Below are positions 12,128-26,050 of a stretch of 64,000 bases of DNA, in pieces. How positions within the stretch are numbered: position 1 is the stretch's first letter; each line of letters begins with the position of its first letter. The translations under genes were made by a program, and so were the position numbers. Under the pieces are notes generated by a model. That model did not search any database, was not told the origin of the DNA, and was given only the letters and a program-made list of their open reading frames with translations. This stretch comes from Podarcis cretensis (lineage: Eukaryota). The stretch covers positions 28,830,001 to 28,894,000 of the forward strand of contig OX638150.1 in assembly GCA_951804945.1 (NCBI GenBank), read 5' to 3'.

Positions 12128-14253
12128 GGAAAAAAGAGTTGGGCTTCCTCACTTCTGGCCATATTGTCCTTGTTTCCACTCCTCAGATTTGTTCTGTTCA
12201 AACACCTCAGTCCACTGGGCACCCAGCCGCCCCCTCTCACACACCCCCCCAAACCCCTTTTGCTTCTGCCTCACTTGTAGGCTTCCCCTATATCGCCATT
12301 TCATGCCCACGTCAGGACCTGTCTGCTTTGTATAACCTCATATAGTTCTGTCACGTCTCTCAGGATCAATCTGTAGTTTCAGTGCCTGTTGCATTTCAGC
12401 CCGGCTCAAGTGGTTATTGAAATCTAGCTGGACAATTATAGTTCTTAGCATTTATATAGCACTTTTGACTGTGGAAGGCTCTCGGGAACCTGTCATTTTT
12501 CATCTGTGTGTTTCGGTCTTCATTGCATTCTGAGCCTCCAACTTTGGCAAAGGAAGTACATAGGGGCGCCATTTCTTTTTCAAGTTAAATATATCAACCA
12601 GCTATCCCTCCCTCCCTCCTGGTGTTTGATTAGGTGAGAGACATATGAGTTGCGCTGGATTTGTGTATCTATATCCATAGATATATATCCAGCTGCATGC
12701 ACACAAATGCATTTGCAGCACAAAAATGTAGTTTTTTCTCGATCTGGAATCCATTATGCAGCCATCTCCAACATGTTGCTTCCAAACTAGATTGATTCCA
12801 GATCCTGCCATCCACAAAGGTGGGTGTGGTTACTTGATACAATTTTGAAAACCCTCCCCTTGATTAGCTTAGCTATTCTTTTCCCTCCCTGCATGTGCCC
12901 CAGGTGAATGAAGAAGGAAGGGGTGATTGCAATCTTTAGTATACACTCACCAAACAGCAGCACTGGCTACATCCTTTTTCATCTGTTTTCAAATGGACAC
13001 AATGCAGGGAAATGCAGAATCAATGTGCAATGAGCTATTTTCAGAATGAAAGCAGTTTCTCAAATAGCGCTTTTCAGGGGCAAAAAAATATGCAATAGAT
13101 CCTGATTGTGTGTAAACTGTAAAAACAAAACAAAAACCAGGTATTCACTTTCCATTGATTCTAGTATAAAGTATTGTGTGTATGTATCCTATGAATTTGT
13201 GTGTGCATGTAAGTATATGTTGTGTACTGTGAAGTATATCTTTATGGATGAACTGCTGCTTTGTCTGAAATAATCAATCACATTTTTTTTTAATGTCGTC
13301 TTCTGCTAAAATGGTTGTTCTGTAACTCAAAAGCTGGGACCAGTGAAAGATCTACATTATCTATTACCCATTTTCATTTGGCAGTACCTTTGCCAAGTGT
13401 TGTTAAAAGGAAAGTGAACAAGAAGTTGTCAGCTCAAGCTATGAAAGTGTGAGCCCAACTCTCTTGGGGCAGGAGGGGTAGGAGTTTGTTGCTGGTTCAA
13501 TTCTAGGTTCTAGAATAAATTCCAGCAAACCTCCCCACCCCCACCCCCACCCCAAACTCACAAACATATTGACTGTGTGAGCCACAGATGTCTGAGATTC
13601 TAGCATGGCTAGGCTGGGGCGGTGGCGGGTAGGTGGGTGGGGAGAGAGATGTCCCACCACTGCTTTTAAACTCTAAAATTGCTTTACAATTCAGAACAAT
13701 GAGGAAGCTGCACATCGAATCAAGGAGACCCACAGAAAACAGGAGATGTGGGCTGGCTGAGTCACAGAAGGCTTGTCAGGTAGAGAAATGAGAGGCTAAG
13801 ACGGATGGGTTTGGAGCTGTGCATTGCCGTGCAGCAACAGGGCAGGGATGAATGAGTGCTGTTTGCTGCAACAATGGCAATCAAGGCAGCTGCCTTTGTA
13901 AGCCAGGGCAGCTCTACGGAGAATGTGTGTGTCATGCGCTGTTTGAATTGATGCTTCCAGGGCTGATAGAGTTGCCTCAGTAACATGGGGTAAGTGGGGA
14001 CAACCTGGGCTTATCCCATTCCCCGGTTTCCGCCCCATTCACTTAATGATCTGGCCGCAGCAGTGAAGCCCAAATAAAGCTGCCAAACAAGAGTTTCAAA
14101 ATAAAAAAACACTGTGGAGCAATGATGTCTTGAAATGTGGTTGGAGGTTATTTTTGGCGGTAGAGGGGACGTTCGGGATGATCTGGAGAAAGGGGCATTG
14201 CCTCGAAGAACGAGGGGCAGCTGCAGTATTCAGCAGCTCTCAGTGGCCAATCA

Positions 14254-14512
14254 CCATATTTTTCGCTCTATAAGACGCACCAGACCATAAGATGCACCTA
14301 GGTTTTGGAGGAGGAAAACAAGAAAAAAAATATTCTGAATCTCGGAAGCCAGAACAGCAAGAGGGATCACTGCGCAGTGAAAGCAGCAATCCCTCTTACT
14401 GTTCTCGCTTCTGGGATAGCTGCGCAGCCTAGTTTCACTCCATAAGACGCACACACATTTCCCCTTACTATTTAGGAGGGAAAAAGTGAGTCTTATAGAG
14501 CAAAAAATAAGG
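14254..14512. mobile_element. Tc1/mariner (pogo-like) MITE
   Basis: Imperfect TIRs CCATATTTTTCGCTCTATAAGAC / GTCTTATAGAGCAAAAAATAAGG; TA on the right flank, CA on the left; internal inverted repeat. Confidence 0.8.
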
Positions 14513-16192
14513 TAGATAACTTCATCCAAGCCTCAGTGCAAATTAGCCTCTGTCCTTTGCACACACTGCAGAAGCTGAGCTGTTTGGAGCTCAGAGCCCA
14601 GGACATCCCAAATATCACACACATTCTCGCAGAAAGGTCTCGCAGAAAAGTCCTCCCACTCTCAGTTAGCCTGTTGTCGTCTCTCACCAACCTCCATGCT
14701 CTTTTTCACGCTGGAAATAAGATGGCAGATGGGCTGTGGATGGACTGAGGGGCACCAGCTCAAGGCATGTGCGGGGCAAGGAGTGCATGGCTTTGGGACA
14801 GAAAGGGGCGTTGCGGATTCCTGTCATGGAAAGACTAGGAGTCCTGGGCTTCTCTTGAGGGCGGCAGTGACACCTGGAAGGTTTTAAGTGGGAGGCAACG
14901 ATGGGATGAAATCCAGGGCTGGAAATAACAGCCACCTTTTGGGTCAGAGTTGAAGGGCATTCGTGTAGCTATGAATGATGGGAAAGGAGCCCAGCCCCGA
15001 GGGAGCAGCAAATGGTATCTCAGACTGAGGGGTGTACTGTAAGGCCTGGCTTGGGATGCTGTAGCCCTGGCTTGGTATCCTATTAGTGTCCAGTCTGGAG
15101 CTGATTGCTTTGTTTAAATATGATTCACTGGTGGCTCCACTGATTCACATCAGGAGATCCTTAGGTGCGGCTAGCAGAATGTATCCATTACAAAGCAGCT
15201 GAACGGGCTTGGCACCGGCCTTGATGAGCCCTTCAGTCAGACTTTTCAGAACATTATTATCTAGCTCCAAGGAAAACCTCCCTCCTTTGGCCTAGTTTAC
15301 AGAGCAGGGCTTGTTGCCTCAAACACCTTGTATTTAGGGAGAGGCGGTGTTGCTCCCTTGGCACAAGTGAAATTAAGCACACCGCTGCTTCCAAACAATG
15401 CCTCCCCTAGCTGGCACATTTTTCCACTGGGCTGGCCACAGCTTGGCCAGAGGACAGGTGCTGTTCTTGGTACCATTCTGCTGGCTGTACACTTCTCTCT
15501 CGTGCACTTTTCTTGAGCCATAATGTCTAGAATCTCCAGGATCACAAAACTTTGCAATAGTTTGTCCCTGCCCTGGACCAGAAACCACCAACATACCTCT
15601 CTGTGAACTCGAATTCCCTAAGGTAATTGGATTGGGCACCTTCTTCCAGCCCTTGCAAGTTGAAATAAGGCACCCGTGTTGGAATTCCTGATCCTTCCGA
15701 ATGAAGACTGGACTTCCTCGTCCACAGTTGCCCAGAGTACCACATGCCCACAACTACTTTTCAGCAGCGCATCATCTGCCCCTGTTGTGTGTTGTGAGGC
15801 CCGCCCTGGAGATTGGCACAACAGTTAAGGAAATCCCTATTCAGAAAAGGAGATGAAGAGAGTGGCTGCTTGTCCCACAGTTTTGGGGCTCTGAAAGTTG
15901 GCTTTCGGCTAAGCTCTTTTTGATTGCTGTTTTATATGAACATTTTTTTTTGTCCTGGTCTGCTTCTGCATGCAAAGTGCCTGTGTTTGACCAGGACCTG
16001 TGCTTTGCTCTTATTTTAGTGTCAGGGCTCAGCTCTGGCATACGGGAAGCAAATATGAGAGTGAGTCCAGTGGGTGATTTGGGAACAATAGGTACAGTAC
16101 TGCAACATTCTGAAGCAAATGAGTAAACTTGATTGGTAGTCTGGATGAGACACCACTGGAAGTCTCATGTAATAGTAGGGCACACATAATAC

Positions 16193-16432
16193 ATTATAAG
16201 AACATCAGAAAAGCCTTGCAAGATCAGACCAAAGGCCCACCTAGTCAGCCCACAGTGGCTCGCAAGCAGGTTTTGTGTGCAATAGCACTTTTCCCATCTT
16301 GTTTTCCCCATGCTGCTTCTGGCAGTAGAGACAGAACATAGCAATTGTGGCTAGTAGCCTCTGACAGACTTAACCCTCCATGAATTTGTCTAATCCTCTT
16401 GTAAAGCTTCAAGCTGGCAACCATCACATACA
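16193..16432 (-). mobile_element. CR1 LINE 3' fragment
   Basis: ATAAGAACATCAGAAAAGCC...GGCCCACCTAGTC and CCTCCATGAATTTGTCTAATCCTCTT, typical of a reversed squamate CR1 end. Confidence 0.7.
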
Positions 16433-18916
16433 GTAAATAACTAAAGGAAGAAATGAGTGCCACTGAATTTGTGCAAAATGGTTTTTCTTCTTCATTTAAA
16501 AAAAAAGAGAAAGCAACCAACAGCCATACATCTGTGGTTGGAGTTGCAAACCGGCTGAAAGACTCAAGACTTCTTCCTTTAGAAACCTGAACACTTTCCC
16601 CTTCCTTGTCTCCTTACTCTGACATCATGAATGAATTTATGGTAATTCTTGCCCAGTGGTGAAAGGGGGAAAGTCCCCCCCCAGTGTTGTTTTTAAGGTG
16701 GAAATTCTTGTTTCCTGCAACTCATTTGAAGGGTTGGGGAACCAACATAGCCTCGTTTTTTCCACAGACAGTGGTGGATGGCGTTCCTCCTGGTCATAAT
16801 GGTTTGCTTGCTAAGATATTTGGATTCTGCTTCTATGAGGATTTTATAAGGATTTAGATTATTATTTTTCCTGGTTTCCAGTGGCCAGAGAGAAGTAAAA
16901 TCCCCTGTAGAGCTCTGGTTTACTGACTAAAACCACAAAGAGTTTGAATCAATGGAAAAACATGGGAAGCTGTTGCTTTCTCAGCCTTTGTTGTGTTACT
17001 CAATGGATATTCCTTTCCTAGACCTGCTTTTGCCTCCTGCGTCCACATCTTGTAATGATGTAAAGCAAACTGAATTTCAAGAATTTAGTGGGATTGGACC
17101 TGGAATTCCCTTTTATACAGGCAAACTTTACAGTCAACAACGGCTTTGAGGAGACGGATGCTGTGCTTCTTAAAGCATTGAATTACAAAAGTAGGGTAGG
17201 GTGGGAGGTGGGGGCAACTGAGCCTCAGTGGGCCCAGCAAACAAGATCCACCCCACCTTCCTTGAAACTTTGGAAACTTCTATGCTGAAAACTTGGGAGA
17301 AGCTCAGCCCCTTGAGCTCCTGCCTGCACATACATAGCAGTACCATTAGGACTGATAACTGACCAGGGAGGGGGGTAAACCCCTGGCTTGCGCCAGTGTT
17401 TTGAAACAGCAACCTGATTTGCAGAAATCATCTGGCGTTATCACCTGCTAATCCCTGCAGATCCCTAAGATGTTGCTAAAGGCACAGGTGCAGAGCCCAG
17501 TAAAATAGTTGGAAACCCTTCTTCGCCAGCCATGTTGCCACCAGACCCCAAGAGAGCCTTTTGAAATTCAATTTGAAAGGCAAATTTAACAGAGCAACTA
17601 TCTGCAGCAAGCCCACAGCTCTTACATTTAACTTGTGCTCATTCAGCTTGGCAATTATACTTGGGGGGGGGGGTGGAGAGAGAAAGGGGCAACCGTCTGG
17701 GGGAAAAAGACTTTGGCAATCCCACCCACCATTGAACTCAATGTGTTTTCACCTTACACAAGTTTTAGGTGCGGATCCCCAGAACCTAAAGCCTGTATAA
17801 GTTGCGGGTTTACTGTATGCACCAACAAGCTGTGAATTGCTGGCCATTTGAATTAATACAGCAGGAAAACAAGGGGACAGCACCAAAACTACAGGTGAGG
17901 AAAGGAAGGAGGTGGAGACTCAAAATGATTTGATATCAAAAAAACCCAATAGGTTTAGGATGATTCTTTTTTCATGTATGGAATAATATATCTTGTCTGC
18001 GTCCTTCCTTAGGGTCATTGCGTCCCAGAAGCGAACATCTCCATTCAGTTATGTGTTTTCCCCCTTTCCTTTCCTCTCAATTATTGTATTTTTGGCTTGA
18101 AATGACTGGGAGGAGGGAGTTGCCCAGAGATGCGTTTCCAGTTCATGGGATCCAGGGGCTCCAAGCAGAGCGCGAGAGGTTTGGCTAAGGATTTGGCTGT
18201 TTGAGGAGTGGGTGGGAAACTGGAGAGGAGCTGATCAGCTGCAGAGTCAGGGGAGCAGACACTGCCAGCAGCTTGTGACTCACAGGCTGGGAAACGCTGG
18301 CAGGCGTGAGAGAGCTGAGGCGGGGGGCTCCGTTCTCAGGGAGACGCAAGCCAAGGCGCCGCACCACGGCTTCTCAGATAGGCTCGGCCTAGAAACAGGA
18401 ACCGCCTCCCTCCCCATGCCAGGACCAACTGCTCCTCTCCTCCTTTCCTATTTATCCGGTCTCCTTGGCAGCTCGGCCTGAGAGGGCAACTCTTTTGCCC
18501 TGAAACGGCTTCAGAGTCTGTGGGGCCTTGGATACATGGCGGGGGTGGGGAAGTTTATTTTCTGCAATGCATCCTGGGTTTCTCTTAGGCCTGGTAGTAC
18601 TGTCCATACTCCACACACAGCTGTGGAAAAGCGGGATGGGAGAGGACAGGGAGAAGTACCGTAGCAACCACAGCTGCCGGAAATGGCACCGATTCAGCGG
18701 GATGGGGAACCGTGGGACGCAAAATGCTGTGTGGTCTGAGGCTGTGCTGCCAAATGGGTGGAGTTGCTAGGAATGCATGGCCACCGGCTAACTGATTTGA
18801 AATTGTAGCTGCAGATAAGGTTGCTTGTTGAAGGGGGGAGCTGTAGAGCACAAAACTCCAGAGCCAGGCTAATGGTGGTGTGGGCCTTGCTTTTTAATTG
18901 TCAGCTGTTCATTATA

Positions 18917-19152
18917 CAGTGGTACCTCGCGTTAACTACTTAATTCGTTCCGGAGGTCCGTTCTGAACCTGAAATGGTTCTTAACCTGAAGCACCACTTT
19001 AGCTAATGGGGCCTCCCGCTGCACCGCTGGAGCACGATTTCTGTTCTCATCCTGAAGCAAAGTTCTTAACCTGAAGCACTATTTCTGGGTTAGCAGAGTC
19101 TGTAACCTGAAGCGTATGTAACCTGAAGCATATGTAACCCAAGGTACCACTG
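18917..19152. mobile_element. Tc1/mariner (Tigger-like) MITE, uninterrupted copy
   Basis: TA|CAGTGGTACCT ... AGGTACCACTG|TA. Confidence 0.9.
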
Positions 19153-19619
19153 TAACGCTAGGTGTGTGAAGGGACAACAAGGGGGGGGGGGAATTTGGCC
19201 AGGAGCCCCTACAAGCAGGCTAGTTGTACGCTAATCAGCAGTTTTGCCTGTAGCCCATGTAAAGTGGGTTTGGGCATGTGCACATGTGCTCATTGGCCCC
19301 AACCACTCTTCTGAGTTCCAAGATTGAGAGAGGTAATTAAACCTGGTACTGATTTCTTGATTTATGGATTGTTCTAGCGGTACTTCTGTGCTAGCTGTTC
19401 ACTCTAGAATAACCACATCTTGTTCACTTGCTTTTACAGAGAATCTATATTATAATGTCACCAAATCATTGCCCTCGTGTTTTCTGCCTCTTTCAGACTC
19501 TAGAAAAATAATAATCACATTTTGGGGAAAGAGCACTCGCTTAAGGTGTAGATTACGTTAGCAATACTTTTCCTGTTTTTTGTTTGTAAAAAGTGTGGTT
19601 TTAATGTGTGTTTGTTATT

Positions 19620-19950
19620 TAAATATTTATAATATGCACTTCCTTGTGTCAAGGTGGCTGGGTAACATACAAAATGCAATAAAACCAGACTATGAATACC
19701 CATAAAACATAAATATAAAGACATCAGTAAGTACTGGTTAGCTAAGAAGTGACACTCGTGTTTTAAGGTCCAGCCTAAATAGTACAGTTTTCAGAAGACA
19801 TCTGAAAGAAGGCAGGGATAGTTCCTGCCAAACATCTACTGGCAGGCAGTTCCACAGGGCAGAGCTTACTGCACTGAAGGTTGGGCTCTTATAGTAAAGG
19901 CAAACCAAACCTCAGAGATGTGGAGAAACATGAACAGTGCCACATCAGAG
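19620..19950 (-). mobile_element. Old L2 LINE 3' fragment
   Basis: Minus strand reads FSAVSSALWNCLPVDVWQELSLPSFRCLLKTVLFRL. Confidence 0.65.
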
Positions 19951-21931
19951 AGTGAGATTCAAGTAATGAGTCCCATCAGCAGAAGCCCACACAAGGACTT
20001 CGGTTCAGACAATTCCAAGAACAGTTGCAGCTGGCGTACTAGCCAGAACTTGTAAAAAAACGCCCCTGGCCACAGAGGTCTCTTTGACCTCTACTGATAG
20101 GGGTGGATCAGGGAGAACCCTAGATGCAGTACATGATTCTTCCAACCCTATCCAGAACAGGCAATTAACCTATCTCACAGACCCAGGAACCACTTGCCCT
20201 CAAGGCCATTTGACAGTGATATCAGGCAGGTGAACCTATTGCCATGCACCTTCATTGGCACACCCTCACTATTACCTTTCCTGTCAAATTAAATACTGTA
20301 ACTTGTTTTAAACATAAGGCAGAATCATGTGTTCAGAACCTTCCCTTCTCCACCTGCATCGCTGTGTCACACCTTCTAGGATGCATACACACAGGAAAAA
20401 ACTATGCTGCCTCCAAAAGTCTAGAAACTCAATCACAATTCTGATTGTTAAGTTACTGCAGGATGACAATAGGAGCTTACCAGCCAAACTAGAGAGACAA
20501 ACTGGGCAGCCTCTATGATGCCCAATTTCCTTTCTCAACCGGTTTGATGAACTCTTCCATTCCCAGGGGGGAGGCCTTAAGATCTCCACTGGGTATCTCA
20601 GACAAATACACAAAGATGTTGGTGGGAAGAAATGACGGGCATTAAAATTAAGATGAGAAAGTAGTATCCTGATCAGCCCTCAGTCATCTAATGTTATTTA
20701 ATGCTCAGCATAGCAATAGTAAGGCACAAAATGGGAGATCAGCATTTTAATTCAGCTAGGACAGCCCTTTGGTGGTGATTCCAAGGACTGGGGTGAGGAT
20801 CTGTTTTTCCTTACACGATCACTGGCGTACTCTGATGTTCCAGCATGGAATTGCGGGGGACGGGAACACAAGTGAGCTGCATTTCCTGTTCTGGGGTTCC
20901 TTTATGATATCTGAGGCTGCACCTGAATATTAGGGAGATATGTAACTCCTGCTAGAAAGAGAAGTGCTTCTCGCTAGTATTTCCTTTCCCATCCTCCTTC
21001 CTGCCCAAACTCTTGCCCCAGAACCCATGTTCTGGGCAATTATATATCTGCTGACCTTACAAAGCCCTCTTTACTTACTGACTGCATCACCCAGCTGAGC
21101 CCTCTAAAAAAATCCACACAACACCACCTGGAAGAAATAGGAGTTCAATAGTACAGCTTTTAGATATTCGGGGTGCGGTGCGGGGTGTTGGTATGCACAA
21201 AACAACAAAAAACAGCTCTGCCGCTCCCATTCTTTTCCAATATGGTATTTTAAAATTAGGTGTCACTTAATTCTTTTTTGTCAAACTCAACAGGAGTTTA
21301 GGGATGTTATGGGGCTTGGGCATCCCTTAAGGAAGGAAGCCTGTGGCACTGTTAGGCAGTTCCGGATCAGCTCTGAGATTCAGAAACTTCCCAGGGATCT
21401 CCTTAGCGCTCACAGGTTTGTGCTTAGCCTATGGGAAAGCCTAAAGTGATCGGCTTTTAAGCTCCATCCTGGGCTGGCTCTCTCACGCCGCCACCGCCTA
21501 CTCTGATCTGACCTAGTCTCTTCACAATGTCATGTCCAGAAAGGGACTTCCCTAGCTAGTGATCAGGCTCCCACCCCCACCCCAGCTGTGGGGAGAAGTG
21601 CCTTGGCCCTGCCCTTGTAACCACTTCCCCACACTCATCGCTGAGGCATCCCAGTGGGATTAGCCAGGGAGCGTGGGCTGGCTTAAAGAGAGGAGTACTT
21701 CCTGCTTTTTGGCTGGATGCCTCACCAGGCACTCGCCCACGTCAAATACCTAGGGGTAATGACTAAAAGGTCTAGGACCGTTGCCCATAGATAGAGCACA
21801 GCACTATTTGCAGGCCTGGCCGGGTGAGCTGCCATCTTTTCTGGTAAGCTTTCCCCTTCACCTTAAGCAACTGTTTCACAGGCAGAAATTTGGTGGTGAT
21901 GAATTTTCCCATGATGAATTTGAAACCCTGC

Positions 21932-21937
<6 letters not shown>

Positions 21938-21993
<56 letters not shown>
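21938..21993. repeat. Compound (AC)n(AG)n microsatellite
   Basis: Direct reading; similar tract at 36245-36287. Confidence 0.95.
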
Positions 21994-21998
<5 letters not shown>

Positions 21999-23462
21999 AG
22001 TATCCGTAGAGCTGGATAAGCCCTTGCAGTGAGTGCCTTGGAAGCAAGAAAAGCACAGTATGGCAACAGGCTTACAAACATTCTGCATCGAGGAGTTTTC
22101 CATTGTTAGCTCAAGTCTTTTGCCCTAGCAGGGGGCTGGAGCAGTAGCCACCACTGAAAAAGCCAGCCACCTTCAAGAGCTGCTATTACACCTGCATAGC
22201 TGTCCTGTCATCTCACGGGCAGATCCAGTCATGATCAGTGAATACAAGGAGTCCCAAGTGTGAGCCATGGATTAAGAGTATTTCCTAAATAAACTGTTCT
22301 AGAGTCAGTTCTGGCAAGAAATCACAGGCTGGCCTGTGCAGTAACACTGTGCATTGTCTAGGTAAGCGAGTAATGTAATGCAGGTTTACATGAAATCATC
22401 TGCTCCCTCCCATGAACTGTGTTCACTGAGCAGGCTATTAAATCTCATAGACCTCCCACGTCACCCAGCTCCCATGGGTATGGACTGGTGCACAAGTCGA
22501 GCTCCACTACACTCAGGTGCCTAGCTGATGTGACAATAGCTGCATTTGAGGTTTCCTACACTGGGGAAGTGGGTTCGGGATGTGTCTCCACAGGTATTGC
22601 AAAATGAGGTGGGGTCCTCTTTCCAGTGGATTGGAGGCCCAGTTGCAAGGAACTTGATTACCAGAGAGTCATTGACTCAAAATGTAGGAGGAATGCGTTG
22701 TTTCACAGGAACTGTGAGCATGTTTGCACTCTATACAGTAAGCAATTTTTGAATACTTCTTTCTGGAGAACTTGCATCCATCCGGTTCATTTCCCTATGG
22801 TTCATTCTCCCTTCCTGGAGTCATTCTGGACATGGAAATGGAGGTGCTCAATATGCTGCGTCTGGGTTGTTTTCCGTTGCTCATTCTGCAGGGCTGGTAC
22901 ATTTGCGTAGAAGCTGCTAGTGTTGAGCTGACATATGAGTGCTGACAAGGTCACAGGCTTGTATATTAAAGGGTTCTGTATATGTGCCAGCTACTACCCA
23001 GGTTTCAAGGCCTAGTGACACATTTACCCACAGTCATTTGTTTCCTGATAAGCTTGTAGATGCACAACTATTAGGCGCAATGGATGCTCCCAGCCTTTCC
23101 TTGCTTGCATGTATCTAGGTACCATGCTCAGAGCATCCAGTTTATGACTCTCAGAAGTCTTTGATGGGGATTCACATTAATACCAACTCCTTCCTTGGAG
23201 TAGACAGCAGGCAGATGATATTTGCCCACCAGAGCTTGCCAGATTGAGTGGGAAACTGTGTTTTTCCATCCAGGCACTGCGTGTAAAAGCATGTAGGTGG
23301 GCCTTCACATCTGCTCGAAGTGTTTTCTTTCCTCCTCAAGCCCGGTTCCAGGGACAGACATTTCAATGAACTAGGATTTTTATTAGATTATGATGAGCTA
23401 GGTCTTTAAGCAAAAATATGTATGGTGCTATTGCATAAATGTTGCTTTCAGATCATGCTTAG

Positions 23463-23903
<441 letters not shown>

Positions 23904-24511
23904 TAAATCTCTCAGTCCTGCCTGTATTCTGTATGTGCACAAATTAAAAGTTCCAAATAATAAAGCCAAGAGAGCTGGAATTCTGTGCTTTGACTGCTCA
24001 CATTCTGCTAACAGAATAAATTATGAAAACCAATACATACATATAGATGTCCTTAATTCGTATATCAGTCCTGTCTCTCTATGTATATGGCATCTTCAAA
24101 AATGCCAGTTTTGTGATGGCAGAACAAGATGAATTGGTACAATGGCATACATAAAAGTGCGAAAGGAGGGAGAGGTAGGCATGCAGCATATGGATCTTTT
24201 GGGATTGTGGAGACTTGCATTTGCTGCCCAACCATCCATATTGTCACAACCACAAGGACTAGTAACATGACTTTGAAATAAAAAGAAAAGAAGAACAGTA
24301 TTTTTGTGCCAGGCACCAAGCATCCATAGAATATTTTGTGCATGTCAAATGACCTTGTTTAGGGAGGTCCCAGCATTTGTGGAAGAGAATGGGCTTCATT
24401 AATATTGACTTGACTTTAATTCCGTATCGTTCCACGCCCCATTCTTAGGAAGGAGGGGGAATAAAGTGTCTGAAAGGAACATTCTAGCCCAAGGACCAGG
24501 CCTATCTGTTT

Positions 24512-24766
24512 GAGAGCCAGTGTGGTGTAGTGGTTAAGAGCGGTAGACTCGTAATCTGGTGAACCGGGCTCGCTTCCCTGCTCCTCCACATGCAGCTGCT
24601 GGGTGACCTTGGGCGAGACACACTTCTCTGAAGTCTCTCAGCCCCACTCACCTCACAGAGTGTTTGTTGGGGGGGAGGAAGTGAAAGGAGAATGTTAGCC
24701 GCTTTGAAACTCCTTCGGGTAGTGATATAGCGGGATATCAAATCCAAACTCCTCCTCTTCTTCTTC
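24512..24766 (+). mobile_element. tRNA-derived SINE, Squam3-like
   Basis: GAGAGCCAGTGTGGTGTAGTGGTTAAGAGC head, TGTTAGCCGCTTTGA body end, (CTT)n tail; second copy at 34296. Family name is from recall. Confidence 0.85.
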
Positions 24767-24819
24767 TATCTACTCAACATTGCTTGAAACTCTTGCTGCC
24801 TAGTTGTAACTCCCTAAAT

Positions 24820-24958
24820 GAGAGTTGGGGAACCTGCCACCACCTCAAGATGTTGCTGGACTCCAGCTCCCTTCATCCCCAGCCAGCATGGTCATTGGTC
24901 AGGGATGATGGGAGCTACACTGAAACAACATCTGGTGGTCCAAAGGTCCCTCATCCCT
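24820..24958. mobile_element. Older palindromic hAT-type MITE (family B)
   Basis: GGGGAACCT...AGATGTTGCTGGACT ... ACAACATCTGG...AGGTCCC degenerate fold-back. Confidence 0.65.
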
Positions 24959-25289
24959 TGTTTAAACTGTCCTGTCATGGAAGCCCAGAGGTGGGGCCTT
25001 CCCCTTGTATATATGCTGGCAGGGTGTTGGAGAGGAAGAGGGATAAGTAAGCAGGAGGGAACAATGGGGTTGTTTGCATTTTCTCCTCACTAGTGAGCTA
25101 ACATTTTCCTTCTTTTTAGCTGCAGGAATTCCCCTAAGATTTCCCAACTGGCCCCTACTCCCTTCCGTTTTTTTGTTTTAATTGAAAAAAGGAGGAGGAA
25201 CTTGGAAAATACTTTTAAGAATGAACTTGCTGCAGTGGGGTTCCCAGCTTTGCTGCCCCTCACTCCCACCAAACCACCCCTTATCCTGG

Positions 25290-26050
25290 CCCCCAAATTC
25301 CCAGCCAATGCTCCCAGTCTCCCTCTCGAGATATTCTGTCCTTCCAGCCTTATCTTGTGGGTGGAAGAAAAGAAAAAAATGTCCCGTTTTTGTGTTTCAT
25401 GTGTGACCCACAGCCCTCCCCGGGGGGGGGGGAGAGAACCAGTCTCCCCCGTTCCCCAGCCGTCTCTGCTCCCAAACCACAGGTCTTCCTTGAACCCCCT
25501 CCCTCCCTCCCTCCCTGCCTTGGTCCCATTCCTGGCCGCCCCAGCCGTGCTGCGATGATGCTCGTCCCAACTCTAGCTACCCTAATTCTTCGCAGTGTGC
25601 TTCCTTCGCTTCTCCCTCTGTGTCTCCTGCGGTGACTCGCTCTCGCTGAGCCCTTCCCCCAACATCCTCCCCTCCGTGCGAGATGCAGAAAGTTCAAGTG
25701 TGAGCGGCAAGGTGCTGCTGGCACGGTGCCCTGGCAGCCAGCCCGACTGCTAGTTTGAACGGCTGCCAGCTGGCTTCCGGCATGCTGGGGCTGCTGGGAG
25801 GGGGGGGGTCGGGGTGCAGGCAATGCTCTCGGCATCATGCTGACGGGCGGCCTGTCCGGGGGTGTGTGTGTGTAGATGGGGGTGGGGCAGCGGGGCTGAA
25901 AGTGCTGGTGTGTGGCTGACTGGGGAGATTAACTTGGGCAGACAGAGAGAGAGAGAGAGAGGAATAAAGAGAGAGTTGGCTGCCTCTTCCTCCTAGAGAA
26001 GAGTCAAACAGACAATGGCGACGCTCAGACAAGGGTGCAGGTTAGGGTGG
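25290..26050 (+). promoter_or_regulatory. CpG-rich patch in intron 2, candidate internal promoter
   Basis: CCAAT at 25305-25309, C/G tracts, raised CpG content, donor-like AGT|GTGAGC at 25699/25700. Confidence 0.4.

Noticed and set aside
21300-21780. Solo LTR (similar impression at about 41130-41860 and 19990-20330)
   Set aside because: I could not define TG...CA ends, a TSD or a second copy.
22121-22138. CTCF-like motif CTAGCAGGGGGC
   Set aside because: A single imperfect match is expected by chance in 64 kb.
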